This document shows, in pieces, positions 1 to 13,460 of a DNA stretch of 64,000 nucleotides (position 1 is the first letter of the stretch; each line of letters begins with the position of its first letter). The stretch comes from Rhizodiscina lignyota. Taxonomy: Eukaryota. The notes beneath the pieces were generated by a model. That model made no database searches and was not told the DNA's origin. It was given only the letters and a program-made list of their open reading frames with translations. The position numbers were made by a program, and so were the translations under genes. The DNA lies in the NCBI GenBank assembly GCA_010015805.1, contig ML978121.1, positions 1,302,001 through 1,366,000 of the forward strand, written 5' to 3'.

Positions 1-1460
1 ATTGTCTCCAACCCGGCATTTGGAATCGGCTTTGGCATCTGCGATTATGCTGGCGATATCCTACCGAAGACTTTTCAGGAAATCAACGATGCTTGGGCAG
101 ACCCTTGGCATCTCAATGTCGGATCACTTTCGTTGCAGGCTCTCACAAACAGAACATTCCCGTATCCGCTTAATGAGTCAACCAAAGATCAGGCCGTAGG
201 ATGGTGGTGGAATGGCGTCAACAATAGTTTTGCAGGTGTCCAGGACTTTATCTCTGCCGTCGAGGACGATTGCAGAGAGCTCATCTGTCACACGTCCAGA
301 AGTAGTATTGGTGACCCCGACATATCGGGTATTGGGGTAAGTTGAATCTCTGAGCCGGAGAGAGATAGTCGTCGATGCGCTGACCTATATACATTGTCTA
401 GATGCTCTGGGCAACTCTCGAGCTCATAGTTCTTGCCCTGTTATCTGCATTCCCCGCAATCCTGTACTGGTGTTCTCGTCGCAAGACTGAGAACAAGCCA
501 CAGACTTCCGAATCCTCAACTGAAAAGAATGCCGACCACAATGTTGACCGTGGAGATAATGAGGGTCCCATAGTCGCAATTCTTGACGACTTATTCCCCG
601 CCGTGATCGTTTTTACGTTCTCTGTTCTCCTCGCTGCAGTAGTGCTGCGCTTTCAGAACGAGCTTACGCTGATATTCGATCTCCTGATGGCCGAGATACT
701 GAGCCTCATCAGTAGCACAGCCATGGTCATGATAGCCTCGTCATGGGCCATCTCTTTCTGGGCCGAAGGGAGACTTCGATTCTTCACGACCGTGGGATTC
801 GTTGTGAATAGCCTCCTGACGATCACCCTTTTTGCCGCCGACTTTTGGTACCAAGACTCATCGTCCGCACTGGCATTAACTGGTTGGCCAATCGAGCGCC
901 GGTGCCTATATCAGATTATCGGAGACAATGATCCAAACAACCTGGGCGGGAAGAGAACGTCTCTCCCAGCTTGCTTTGCTCTCTGGTGTGCTGCATTGCT
1001 AGTGTGCCTACTACGTTTGTTTCTGATGCGGCAAAAGAAGATCGTGGGAGATGAGCGCAAGGAAAAGCGGCATCTAGCGACAGTTTACGCCCTGGGGTTG
1101 ATACAAATTGCGCTGACCCTCGCGGTTCTCATCTGGCTACAGGTACTCTTCTGGGTCACTTGGACGCAGATGAGAAAGAGCTTCGGCAAAGTCTTCATCA
1201 ATACCGAAGAGAGCTGGGGATTCGGCCAGTTTCTCGCCTTGGCCACTTGGCTTCCTTCAATTCTACAGCTCTTCGAAGAGGCGTGGAGTAAGTACTCGGG
1301 GAAATGTCGCAGGCGAGACGTGAGTGGCAGTACGAAGAGCATGCGAACAAGCAGATTGCCAGCACCTTGGACTGCGATTAGATCTGGAGACAAGGAGGAC
1401 TACAAGCCTCAACAACGCTATCAGCAGTCTAAGGCTAATGGTGGTGAGCATGGCGGATGA
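1..1460 (+). CDS. Fungal multi-pass membrane protein of unknown function (5' partial)
   Basis: Frame is open from base 1 to 336 (...SSIGDPDISGIG). Intron GTAAGT 337..401 (TAG) joins the 402..1460 ORF, which has about 7 hydrophobic segments and a WGFGQ motif. GDPDI-GIG plus WGFGQ is a recurring fungal membrane-protein pattern. Confidence 0.7.
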
Positions 1461-2276
1461 AATGAAGTACTGCAGTAGGTGAATTGATGACCCTTTCATT
1501 ACTTTACCTGAATTATATGTGCAGCAGTCTTATGATTAAAGTCTTCGTTCTTTATGCGAGCGATTCCCCCGCGATATCACGGCCGAATGGCGAGGGAGAG
1601 TATCTAATAGTCGAGACCTGTTTCTCTGGCGGTGTCGAACGCCAGACAGTCAATTTGGGTTGAGGAAGGTCTTGATATTGTTCTGGTATAGCTGTTTCGG
1701 GGTCTGTATAAGCCAGATAATTATACTAAATCTGCAACTTTGTGCAATCAAAGTTTCACACACCTCCAAGCTTGAGCCGCTCCAGCTGCATGCAGAACAT
1801 TTCATGTAGGGGTATATGCGCGACAGCTGTGAAATCGTTTGCCTTGTCATCCCTAAAACTGGAAATCACTTGAGGTGAGATACTGCACATCATCGTCGGA
1901 TTTACGTTGGCATTACATCTACTCTGATCTGGCATCGCAAGTATATCGTGCCTGACAAGCACATACGACCTCTCTTCACATCCGCAGTGCTTCTGCCTCG
2001 AAGATCACTCCTCGCTCCCAACGTCCGTAAACCGTGCGAAAAAATTGGCCATCAGTACAATCGCCATCCCGCTTTTGTCATCATGCCCCATATCCATTCC
2101 CAAACATGGTCGTCCGTTAAGAAACCGTGCCAAAGTAGACATGAACCCAAACGCCGCGCCACCCACCCCAGATATCCAAACATGGAAGAAAGAAAAAAGG
2201 TGTGCTTCGAAAGGTAGAAGTATATGTACCGAAGAAACGAAATATCTCATCCCAGCAGAACTCAAAGCATCAAAGA

Positions 2277-3710
2277 TCAACACTCGTGGCCCGGCCGCGG
2301 TTGAGATGGTACCGATCCACCCATCGCCGCATGCCCAGCCTCGTCTCTGCTCACAAGCGGTGAGCTGACGGGAGTGCTCTCATCACTGACTATGCTCTCA
2401 TCGTCCGGGTCGTCAAATGGATTGTTCATTCCGTCTCCAAGAGGCGTTCCATGCGCATTTCCACCGCCCTCGAATGGATTTCGCATTCCATCCGCTACCC
2501 TGAAGTCCTCGTCTCTTAACTCGTAAGTGCTGAGTGTGCCCTCGCTTAGTGGCGCGAGCATCTGGCTGATGTTGTGAGGTGCGTTGGGTTGGCGGAGTGA
2601 TGTTTCCCGGCTGATTGGAGGTACGCTGCGGGGGCGGTAGGGTGGTGGAGGCTCATCTGAGCTGTTCATTGAGCGCGCATCGTAGGACATACGATTGCCT
2701 GCAACGCCCATGTTGTTCGTGTTCGATGTCATGGACATGGCATCGCTGGTATCGATACCGGTGAAGTAGGCGGAGCCCATGTTCGAGTTGAGGATGACGG
2801 GTTGGGCAGGCTCAGTAGCACCTACAGCAGTGTGTGATGCAGAAGTAGCTGGCGTAAGTGACGTCGTGGTACCAGTCGTAGTGGTAGCGAGACCAGAAGG
2901 CGCCAACATGAGCGGCTGGTTTGCACCTGCACATGTGTTCGACCCAGGAACAGTTGGCGTGTACTGCGGTAGTCCGTCTTCTGGCCCCCTGGTCATCTTC
3001 ATCTCTTGCGTCATGCCCGCTGCTTCTGCTGCACGTCTTGCCTTTCTCTTCCGCCGCCATACCATGAACGCTCCAAGTAATGCTGCGATGAGGACCAACG
3101 GGATAACAACAATGGCACCAATCGGCGGATGGGAGGCGTGGCTAGAGTTGGGGTCCGAATCAGGAGCGGCGGTCGGATCTTTCGAGAGGGGAGTCATTGA
3201 TGATGAGCTAGAGGCCGAAGTGGGTTTTGTGGAGTGAAGGCTCTCCGTCTCGGACCACATTGACATCTGTGTATTGAGAGAGCCAAATGATATCCCTTTC
3301 GACGACGAATAGGTGCTATCGGAGGAAGAGGAGGAGGTGCTGCTTGATGAAGATGCGGGAGAAGCCAACTGCTGCTTGTGGCTATCGATTGTGTGTAAAG
3401 CGGACGGAAGCGGGGTGGGAAAGCATATTCGAGTCGTCGACCCGGAAATCTTCACAAGCTTATCGCCGTTGATAAATGTCGATACTATGACGAGTACATC
3501 GATTACTCCGGGTAAATGCGACGGTGGTGCTGTGACTGGAGGTATGGAAGACGAAGGAGTAGGCGTCGGGGTGGTCGAACTGCTCGACGAGGAGTAAGAG
3601 CTATCATCGTCATCATCGGCTGAGGATGAGGCGTCGGCATCTGTGTCTGAGTCGTATTGTCCATCGCCGTAGTAGTCATCGTTGTCGCTGTCGCCGCTGC
3701 CGTTGCCCAT
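2277..3710 (-). CDS. Single-pass membrane protein with Ser/Thr/acidic N-terminal region (Mid2/sensor-like architecture)
   Basis: Long ORF with S/T-rich N-terminus, TM helix IGAIVVIPLVLIAALLGAFMVW followed by RRKRK, and a cytoplasmic tail with PPPY and NPF motifs. First in-frame ATG is 3710; the true start is uncertain. Confidence 0.7.
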   Translation of the reverse strand: MGNGSGDSDNDDYYGDGQYDSDTDADASSSADDDDDSSYSSSSSSTTPTPTPSSSIPPVTAPPSHLPGVIDVLVIVSTFINGDKLVKISGSTTRICFPTPLPSALHTIDSHKQQLASPASSSSSTSSSSSDSTYSSSKGISFGSLNTQMSMWSETESLHSTKPTSASSSSSMTPLSKDPTAAPDSDPNSSHASHPPIGAIVVIPLVLIAALLGAFMVWRRKRKARRAAEAAGMTQEMKMTRGPEDGLPQYTPTVPGSNTCAGANQPLMLAPSGLATTTTGTTTSLTPATSASHTAVGATEPAQPVILNSNMGSAYFTGIDTSDAMSMTSNTNNMGVAGNRMSYDARSMNSSDEPPPPYRPRSVPPISRETSLRQPNAPHNISQMLAPLSEGTLSTYELRDEDFRVADGMRNPFEGGGNAHGTPLGDGMNNPFDDPDDESIVSDESTPVSSPLVSRDEAGHAAMGGSVPSQPRPGHEC

Positions 3711-5220
3711 GGCGAAGGGGAGAGCAGGACTCGACTCTACTGGATTGTAGAAATCGATTCTTTGGCGTCTTGTAGTCCGTAAGTGTACTGTTTCGCTGGG
3801 GTTGACGCCCAGTAAATCCTTATCCAGTGCGTGCGAGAGGTGAAACGAAACAAACGAAGCAATCTCGCATGACGGCACCGCCTTCGGCTCTCTGTATCCG
3901 GCGGGAGTATGCTTTCTTCTGCGACGCTCGGAGATGGCAGCGAAGGCGAAACTGAACGAGTGTACGTGGTGGTCGAAGTCGGCGGTGATGTGTGAGAGCG
4001 GGATGGGAGTGGTGGGAGTGAGTGGAGTGAGCAGCGAGCGACAAGATGGGCTGAGCCAGACTGAGGTGCCCAGCGAAAAGTAGGGACGGGGAGATCGGCG
4101 CCGCTACTTCTTCCAAGGCCTGAGGGGGCTGTGTGCCGCGAGAAACAAGCACACGCAGCGCACCCTAGCAGAGCCTAGCAAAATCCCGGCGCGGCGGAGC
4201 GACTTCGATTGGCACCGAGCACGTTGTGTGCCCCAAACTGCCTAGCCTCCTCGACCAAAAATACCCGCCTACCGGATAAGTTCATGCCAGGAAGGGTACG
4301 GCCCGCTGATTACAGCATCTTTTCGCGGGCGACAAGCTAATCTTTTTGGAATTTGCGCAAAGTAGCTGTTGGTGCAGTCTGCTGGCATTGACCGTTGCGA
4401 GTGATGTCAGGTGTGCCGAGTCTGTGGGCGCCGACAATACGAGGCCATTGAGGCTCTGACGGTGCACGAAGTGGAAGCGGAATCAATCCAGTGCTCGAGC
4501 TGGGTGTGAGTAAGCGTGGTAAGGCCACAAACGTCGCACTGGCATCATTCTGCTCATAACAGACATGCCGCAGCTAGCGGCCGAAGTTGCGGACACCTGT
4601 AACTGTAAGGATGTCGAAACTCGCAGCCCCAGGAGATGTGCCGCCGTGGCTCTCAAGCTGATCACTCAATATCAAGATAAAGATGCGGTACTCTACTCAC
4701 CAGAAGTGTGCTACTCCAACGACGCTGGGCATGCCTATGTTAATTCACCATGTGTGGCTGTATACAACGTGGAACGATCATCTTGAAGAAAATTTCTTCC
4801 TATTTTAGACTGATTGTAATAGAGTGTGGTCAACTATTTCTCTGAGAGAAGTGGTGACTACACTATGTCCAGGTCGATTGTAGAATTCCGATTCACCATA
4901 TTCCATCGCAGACTCATCGTACTCCTCATTCACCATTTTGGTTGCAGCCTCGTTGGCTCAGTCGAAAAGAAAAGAAGAAAGTAGTAAAGACTTGGCCTTT
5001 TTGTCACCAACGGTGTGGTGCAAGAAAAAGACACAAACAATCAATGCCCGTAGTGCAAAGCGGGCTCCAGTACTAATGCCCAAAAGGATCGTCTCCAGAA
5101 TGCCATGAAGGAGACGAGAAGTAGCCACCTGCCAAAATAAGAGGTAATATCGTGTTCCAATATAGTTGCATGTGATGATGATGATGATGTCTTACCAAAG
5201 CCAGTCACTTCCCCTCACCC

Positions 5221-7129
5221 TCAAAGAGCCTTGGAGCGGCTGAAGAGAGAAGAGTATACCGCGTCAACGACAGGAGCAGCAGAGACCATCCTTCCGGCGA
5301 AGTAGCGGCCGTTGAGACCCTGGATAGCCTTCTCGCCACCCTCGATCTTGCGGAACTTGATGTAGACATCGCCGTTTCGGTTCGGGTCGAGAGCCACGTG
5401 AACAACCTCGCCGTACGTCCTCTCGCATTCTTCCTTGATCTCGTCCTCGAGATCCTTCATCCAGTTATCGCCTGTCTCTCTGCTGTGCTGTTAGCATTTG
5501 CTCCAGATGTAGAAAGGGGTTGAGCTTACGCGGCAGGGTCGAACACGCCGCGAAGAACGATCGAACGACTGGCCTGTGGCATGTTACTCAGAATAGCCCT
5601 TGCCTCTGCTCTAGGCTGCGGCCTGTTAGCCTGGTCGTTGGAAGGAGTTGCGTCATCTTCACGAGCAAGCCTCCTCATAAGCACATCCCTAGAGAAGTTA
5701 TTGAAGTTGACGCCGCTAACGTCGGTATCATCCAGGGCACTGGCGCCGCCTTGCGTCTTGTCGGTGTCACGGCCTCCAGCACGATCAAAGTTCGTAGAGC
5801 CGCCAGCATGGGCGCCACGGCCACCGGAGCCAGAGAAGGCAGAGCCCTGGTACGGTTGGCCATTGGGGGCCTGACTGCCAGGGCCGAATCGCTGGAGGAG
5901 GTTCTGCGTAGACGCGTCGGTAAACTTGTCGTTGCCAAGACCTACACGAATTGGGCGACCAGCAAGATCGAAGCCATTCATCTTCTCAAGAGCATCCTTG
6001 GCCTCGGGCGCATTGTAGAACCTGGAGGAGCGTCAGACTCGCATTTACACTATCATGGGTTGAACTTACTGAACGAAACCGTAACCGCGACTGCGGCCAC
6101 CCTCCTCCTTCTGAAGCTGCACGAACTGAAGCTCTCCGAAAGGCGAGAAGACGTTGTGAAGATCCTGCTCGGTGATGCTGAAGTGGATGTTGCCGACATA
6201 CAGACGGTGGAAGGGCACGCCAGCGTTCGCGCTAGATGTACCTTCCGTGGTGCGAGCCTGACGATTCTTCTCCGCCTCAGTCAGCTGAGCTATGATTGGG
6301 ATGCCTAGAAGTTTCTGCCCAGTAAGCTGGATAGCGGCGGCGACAGACTCTTCGTTCTTGAACTCGACATATCCGACACTATAGCTAAGTGAGTATCTGT
6401 TTGAAGTCCAGAGGTGGAAATGACTCACCCCTTTGAGCGACCGCTGACACGGTCCTTGACGATCTGCGCCTCTTTGACTGGTCCAACTTTCGAGAAGAAG
6501 GCGACGAGCTCCTTTGAGCGGAGACGGGCTGCTAGCTGCTGGACGAAGACAGTGCGCTTGTCCCTCTCATCTTCTGTCAGCGGTGGGGTCTTGGACTTGC
6601 TTCTTGGAGGCGGGCTCGATCTACGATCACGACGACGGTCGCGGCGATCATCGAACTTCTCGTTCTTGCGTCCATTCCGGTCTCGCTCGCGGAACCTGTC
6701 ACGATCCGGTCCGCGCTCGTCGCGTCCCGCGGGACGATAGTATCTATCACCGTCAGGAGACCTAGACCTCGTCCTTGGGCGTCCACCTCCACGATAGTAG
6801 TCGCCGGCCGCTTGTTCGTGATTGTCAGAGTGACGGCCTTGACGAGGATGACGACGATCAAGGTCAGGGCTTCCGGAACGCTTCCTGCTGCTCTTTAAGC
6901 TTCCCGCAACGCTCCCTTCTTCCATCAGATCATCTCCGTCGCCATCGCGCTCACGGTCGGAGCGCTTCCGATCGCGGTTCCTGTCACGACTACCATCACG
7001 GCCACGACCGCGCTCGCCACGGTCGGACTTGTCGCTCTTGTGGTGGTCATTACGCTCTTCGCGATCCTTGGCGGGGGTCTTGGCTTGTGCCGCAGAGTCG
7101 AGAAGTGCCTCGACGTCGATACCTGACAT
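5221..7129 (-). CDS. rsd1: RBM39/CAPER/Rsd1-like RNA splicing factor (RS-rich N-terminus, 2 RRMs, C-terminal UHM)
   Basis: Exons 7129-6429, 6378-6070, 6021-5530, 5479-5221. Motifs [34 protein letters not shown] and UHM-type LNGRYFAGR. Confidence 0.93.
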
Positions 7130-7695
7130 GTTTGTGTTGGTGGCTGCTGAAGAGTGGTTGTAAGTTAAGGAAGTTTTCACTTGACGCGCAGTCAGAAGAT
7201 CGGGATCGTGTTAATGTGTGTGAGCGTCTCGAACCCTTGTAATTGGAGCCTGGCGCGCTCTGTGCGCGAGAGTAGTTGGAGTTTCAGACCTAAAAGCAAA
7301 GCACAGAAGAATGCTACGTGATCCGCAGCTTGACGGGTGTTGTGTTTGGTGAGGAGAGAAGGGAAGGAAGGAAGGGAGCGAAGCTTCGTGAGAAATAAAC
7401 TCATCGTGCCAAGACTCTTGCCGGGCCGAGGTTTACCCGGTGATTTTGACAGCCTTAAGGCTAGCACGTGGGACGTGCACGTGGCATGGCTGGCCCCAGC
7501 TCCTGAGCTGTCACTAGGTATCAAAGATACTCGAGCACTCATCGAGCCGATAATCGTGGCAAGAGGCGTGTAGTTTCTTCGAGGGCTAGTACGCGGTTTT
7601 GAAGTTGGAGAGAGTAAAGATTCATTTATTGCCACGCTTTAGACATTATTCTATTGGGTATAATACAAGACAATTGGTGTGCCAGGGGTGCACAA

Positions 7696-8988
7696 CTAAG
7701 AAGTCTTGATGACCTTTGGAGGCGGCAACTGCAGCTCAGTCCCAAAAACCTGGTCCCAGAATCTGCTGGTCACACCAAAACCATTCTCGAAATCTGCAAA
7801 GTGGTGTTGCAGATGGTATTTCTTTAATTGGCGATAGTAGAGCGGAAGGCTTGTTCAGGTCAGCACCTGCAGTAGCAAAGAGGGTACGTATGAATGGTAT
7901 GACATACTTGCGATGATGAAGGAAGTAATGGGTCAGATCATAGCAGATGTAGCCGAAGATGCCGCCGCAGTACACAGCCGTGGCAGCATTCCAGTCATAG
8001 AAGAATACAGCATGGGCTAGCTTCCAGAATGGCACTGCTAGCACAAGGAACATGGCAGGAGGCATGACAAGTCTGTACTTGTCCATTGGCAGGTAATGGT
8101 GGATGCCATGAAGGAGGAAATGCAACGTGATCCCGACACGATTATCAGGGAGATAACTGCGTGGTCGTTAGCGGAATGAATGCAGGTGAACTTGGGGACA
8201 GACCTGTCGAGATGAAATAAACATCGGTGAAGACCATATTCCACGATGGTCCAGAGGCAGAGTCCAGTAATCCAGTAGGCAACCAACGCCGGAATTGAAA
8301 GGCCTTGTCCAGCAAGCCATGTCCCATACGCCACGCATGGAAGCCACAGAATTGGTACCATCCACCACGGAGTCAAGCTGAACGGCTCAAGGAAGTTCCC
8401 AAAAAGTGGCGCAGATTGTCCTCCTTTGTAATGTCGCGGTCTGTGAACCTGTTCAAGATAGAACTCCTTGCTGAAGCCACCAAACCACATCTGAGGAAAC
8501 AGAGGCTTGCTCAAATCCAAGAACTTGTGTTCCCGATAATCCGTAGTGGGATCTGTCTCTTTCGAAAGGTCGTCCTCTGATGCCATCCCTGTTGTAGCAT
8601 ACACCGCCGTGCCATTCAGTCCTTCTGTTGTCCCGTTTGCCTTGAGCTCGTTCATGCCATCTTTGTTCGGAGGTAGTGGGACGATTGAATCGGGGTGGTT
8701 GCTGTTCGTGGCAGCGTCTATGATTGGCTCCGTAGCAACATAGCCCACCAAATGCTCGTCCAATATCTCGTATGCCGCCTCAGAGTGTGCATGAGAGATC
8801 TCGTCGCGCATTATTTCGGACACGTCCTTGCCGCCATATTCGAGAATGAGATCCCCTCCGCCAGGATGGTCCTCAAGGAACTCTGTGATATCGAAAACCT
8901 TTGCACCGACCGTCACGTAGCAAGACTGTGCGGTTTTTCTCGATTCAACGTCCGCTCGTAGGATTGTGGGTAACTTGGCCGTCGCCAT
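7696..8988 (-). CDS. SCS7: Sphingolipid fatty acid alpha-hydroxylase with N-terminal cytochrome b5 domain
   Basis: Exons 8988-8204, 8156-7908, 7849-7696. Cytochrome b5 HPGG motif, His boxes HRCLFH, HGIHH, HYFLHH, HLQHH, and C-terminal GFGVTSRFWD. Confidence 0.95.
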
Positions 8989-10300
8989 GATACTGTTGGT
9001 TGTCGACTTTTAGTCCAGAGGAGGTTAAAGAGTCAGGAACACCACCACGATTTTCGAAGGAGACCACTGCGTTGCCAAAGGAAAGGTAAGTAAGAGACTT
9101 TGTTGCAAACATAGGAACGCGCAGATATTAAATTACATGCGGTCGATCTCCTGACAAAAGTGGCGAGGGAAGGCGGAACTCCCGGGCGTTGGCCGGAACG
9201 CCGGGGTCCTGTGCTGGGAACGTCGTCTCATCCTCTCATCACGCCACGAGTGCTTCTTACGCAATGAATAGCCCATTTTATCACACAAAGGGGTCTGTAT
9301 GCGTTGAAAGGGGCCTCTATAGATCCCCATTCAAGAGATTGTACCTTTAAGTGTGCATTCCTGACCAGCTTCGTTAACTAACAGGGTCTTCCTGTTCTAA
9401 AGTGCCTCCATGAAATATCTTGTCTGAGCCTGGAATTTAGTCTTTACCAAAGTAATCTATGACTTTGATATGCCCATAGCAGGGCATTATTGTGCCCTAT
9501 TACAAGCAGGTCGAATCTCGTCTTGTGTGCCGTCTTATCACTTATAACCATCTGATCGTACTTGCTTTCAGCGTGCTCTTTATTTTCTTTATCACTCTCC
9601 GATTGGCATCTAGCTAGTTTCAATGTATCTTACTTTGCAAGAATATTTGGTACTTGAATCACACTGATATGCTGCGATGCCAGCAACCGGCAGTCAAGAA
9701 GAGCGGTGGCAAGATCAGACGGAATGCCAAATCTGCCATGGAACGAATGAGGAAAGTTTCTGAAGGGCAAAAGGTTACATCTCAGAGAGAAGTACAGCAA
9801 GAGAAGCCCTCGTCGTCCAGCCTCGCTTGCCACCTCAGGATGCTCAGACACATTGCTCGACAGTATACATCAAATCACTTCAAATTCGCTCCTTGATGCA
9901 GGTTTGCTCTGTAGAGACGAAAACATATCTCACATAACAGCCGGTTACTCTAAACTACGTACTCTTCTATTACATGGTTGCTTACATTGCGTTATGACAG
10001 TCTTTGTATCCCCCGGCCTTGCGAAACAACAGCGCCAAGCTTCATACGAGTGATGGTCACCCTCCCGCCGCCTACTCCCATCACCCACAAAAGTCTTTTG
10101 GCGTGCTGAATATAAAATCGAACGTCCTGCCTCGGATTGAACCTTCCTTCAATCACAACACAAAACACTCGCGGACTCTCTCTTTCATTCTCCCTTGCGC
10201 GACTTTTCATCTCGACATCGTGAGTGTTCTCCTGCACTGCTTTAGTTACAAATTAACTAGAACTAACAGTCACCTTCTACCACCGCAATCTCCTTCAAAA

Positions 10301-10582
10301 ATGTCCTCCACCAAGAGGGAGCACTCTCCCACGCCCGCAGGCGACCAGAACACGCCAGCCGACCACGCCCCCACCGAGATGCACTGCACCGACGCAGACG
10401 GCGCGAAAGTTGTCGAGACGGAGAACCATGCGGATGCCATGACCACTAAGGACGACCGCGGAGACTCATACATTGGCGTCTTGGAGCAAGAGCAAGACAA
10501 CAACGTGAACATGAAGTGGGGTTTCTGTGTCATCTGCGACTACATCGACACGAAGCACAAGCAGCAGCACAAGCCGGCGTGA
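10301..10582 (+). CDS. Small 93-aa orphan protein with C-terminal CxxC...H...H
   Basis: CAAAAATG context, strongly C/G-ending codons, TATAAAA at 10111, putative 5'UTR intron GTGAGT 10220..10269 (CTAACAG). Confidence 0.6.
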   Translation: MSSTKREHSPTPAGDQNTPADHAPTEMHCTDADGAKVVETENHADAMTTKDDRGDSYIGVLEQEQDNNVNMKWGFCVICDYIDTKHKQQHKPA

Positions 10583-11198
10583 CGTCTCTTTTCTGACGGT
10601 AAATGGTGTTTCTCCTCTGTACCTAGCCAAGAGCACATAAACAGTCTGACCAGTGCGAAGTAGCCTGGTGGGTAACAATCGAAAGGACGTTGAAGAGGCA
10701 TTCTTGGAGCCCGAATCTACCATCATTACGTGCCTAGCAGTGATGGAAGAACACTTTCATGCTTATTTGCCTTGTTAATTCTCGTGTTTGTGGGTGGTAA
10801 CCCGCAATTTTTGATATGTACAACGCGAGTCGAGCGCTAGTCCTGATGTAGTAGTGCTGATGTCTACATGTATTTTCGCTGAGCTCAGAGCCCGAGAGCA
10901 TCACCTTCGAAGTGATAATGGTGAAGCCCAAGCACAGCTTCATCAAGCATACGCCGCTGATAGAAGAACGATGTGCTTTAGCTTGACGTTACATTTCCCC
11001 CCTATAAAGGCAGAAGAACGCTAGCATCGTAGCGAACCCAGTTTATGCTCAACTCCCAAGACTGCAATGACAAAGGAAGGCCAGTGACATCAGAACTCAT
11101 CACAATCACATGGCAGGCAGTGGTGGAAGAATGGTTTTCTATGGGTATCAACTTGTCATTTGTAGTTGACTGCCAGTCGGCGTAGCGATTCTAGTCTC

Positions 11199-12636
11199 TC
11201 ATGAGAAGCACGAAGCCCAGTGGCCTCCCTCTTTTGCAAAGCTCAAGCTCTTAACAAAAGCATCCAACGTACACCTTCCCAGCTTATCGCCTCCACACTG
11301 CTTCAGGGGCTGGACGCGGTCATTGACAATGACTCGGACCAACTCCTCCTTCTCCGCATGGCACTGCAGCTTCTCAAAGTAAGCCCTCGCACCGAACGGC
11401 ACCGTCCAGCTTGCCGAGTAGCCGTAAGCTTGCTGTGCAGTCTCGATTGTTGTATTCGACAGAGGTCTTGTGGCATTGTACAACCCCAAGGCACTGAAGA
11501 TGCCCGTCATATCGTTGTCGTGGCTGAAGTCGGCGAAGAGCTTGTGCTTCTTGTCGACCGGGAATGTCGCCGGGTTAGTATCGAGGGTAGCATTGATGGA
11601 GCCCTGGATATTGATTGGACTGTTGGTCAACCGGGCGATCAATTCGTTAACGAAGCCGACGCCTTGGGTTGGGCCAAGCGGATTTCCAGGGCCATAGCCG
11701 TAGTATTTGCCAAGGGTCTGGTAGTAGCCATACTGGTGCCATTCGTCTTCTGAAAAGAGGCCGCAGAACTCTGAAATCTTTCCCTGGGTATTTGCGACTG
11801 TTTCAAAGGGACAAAGGTCCATGATATCTATCGTCTGGTCGATCGTAAGATTGGCACCTGGCAGCGCCTTGTTCAATCGCTCTTGAATGGGAGGAACGAA
11901 GATGTCTGCCCAAATTCCTTGAGCATTATCACCAATGTTGGAATCTGCGCCATCCTCGAATGCCGTACATAGTACATGGTTCAAGGTGTTGTTCACGCCG
12001 TCTGCTTCAGGAATGATGACAGATGGTGTCAGATCATGACCCTTCTCCCCTTTCGCATCATAGAAACCCTGAGTCCAATTGACGGCAGATTCGACAACAC
12101 GTTCTTGGCCAGAGGTACGAACGAAGGGATCGACATGTTCCGCAAGATGCTTATATCTGTCATAGAACTTGATGCCAGAATTAATCATCGCCTGTTGTCC
12201 GAAGACAGACAGTTGGTCCGCGCCAAGGGTATATTCGAAGGTTTTCAAGAAAGCATACGCGCCTTTAAAGGAGGTCACGTTCGCGTGGATCTCATTAACG
12301 GTCTCATTGTACTGTGCAGTCTTCGACGCCGTAGGATCACGTGCACCGTGTCTCGAGAGTATCTGAACAAAGCTGATGGAACAGCCATGTGGAACATCGG
12401 CGGAGATCTCGGATGGCACGCTGAAATATGGAGAGTATTGTCCCCAGAAGTGTGAGATGCTTGGATCACATTGGTATCCTCGGTTCACGGAGTCGCACTT
12501 CTTGCTCTTTGGCGAAGCATACGCCCTGATCCATTAGTAATCTATAAGTCGAGAATCATGGGCGTACTCACTGAGCATTCACGACCAGAAGGCCGGCGAA
12601 TACAAGCAGCAAAAGCGTCAAACTCGAATACGCCAT
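11199..12636 (-). CDS. phyA: Secreted 3-phytase (histidine acid phosphatase)
   Basis: Signal-peptide exon 12636-12572 (MAYSSLTLLLLVFAGLLVVNA), intron 12571-12526. RHGARDP and FSHD catalytic motifs, WGQYSPYFS, GPTQGVGF. Confidence 0.95.
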
Positions 12637-13288
12637 TGGTCTTGAGCGAATCTCTTGTTTGAAGTTCTGGAAGCTGAGACCAGGATCAACTAATTAGACA
12701 GCTGGTGGTAGTGAATTGTCAATTCTAACATACAAGCCCTGCTTCTGCTTCACTGGTCCCACGCCATCTACAGCGGGCAGGACGTGGTATTCATATCTGG
12801 CTCCCATGCTGAGTCGCAAGCGTTCGTTCAGACCAGATCGGTCAGCACGGGTCATGAAGCCTTGTACGCATGCCTAGTGCAATTGAGCAGCTCAACCGTA
12901 GGCGTGGGGCAGAGCAGCACAAAATATCATGCTGTAATTGCAGCTCGTGGAGAAGAGCACGATGCGCAGGCGTGGAAGTTCATTCGGCGCGCGTGCCTGA
13001 AAATGCTTTTCCCGCCAAGACCGAAGTCGCTGGGATGTGGTGACTTCTTCCTGCCTTCCGCAATGGCTTCCAGAAGAGTTGCAATGCAGCTGAGTCTCTG
13101 CTTCGATGGCCGTTCGCAGAGAGAGCAACTCGCTCCAGGCGATTGGCCCATCGTGGCGCATTTCCCATCCGGCCCTCTCAATTCAGGGGAATATCGAGCG
13201 AGCCAAATGTAGCAGCGGCGCTCGTATCGTAACCGAATTGCAATGCCAAGGCGGTTCCTGGCAAAAATGGCGGCTCTTCTCCATGCCA

Positions 13289-13296
13289 CACGTGGG
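13289..13296. promoter_or_regulatory. Candidate Pho4/NUC-1/PalcA-type E-box (CACGTGGG) upstream of phytase
   Basis: CACGTGGG about 650 bp upstream of the phytase ATG, in the divergent phyA/GT71 intergenic region. Single motif; function inferred. Confidence 0.3.
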
Positions 13297-13460
13297 AAGA
13301 GCTCCATATGTATGTTCTGTAGTGGTGGCTTCAAAGCATCGAAAATTTTCATCCACCCTCGCTGTACAGTTTCCTTTTATCATGTCATCTATACCCTCAT
13401 AGCATCTCTCCCTCCCTATGCGTGGCAATTTGCGGAATTGTTGAATGGGCACCAGGCAGC

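Noticed and set aside
5173..5190. (TGA)n run
   Set aside because: Short 3'UTR microsatellite; no D box or stem supporting a snoRNA.
12784..13420. Several overlapping ORFs between phytase and the GT71 gene
   Set aside because: No recognisable domain or consistent gene structure; treated as a divergent promoter region.
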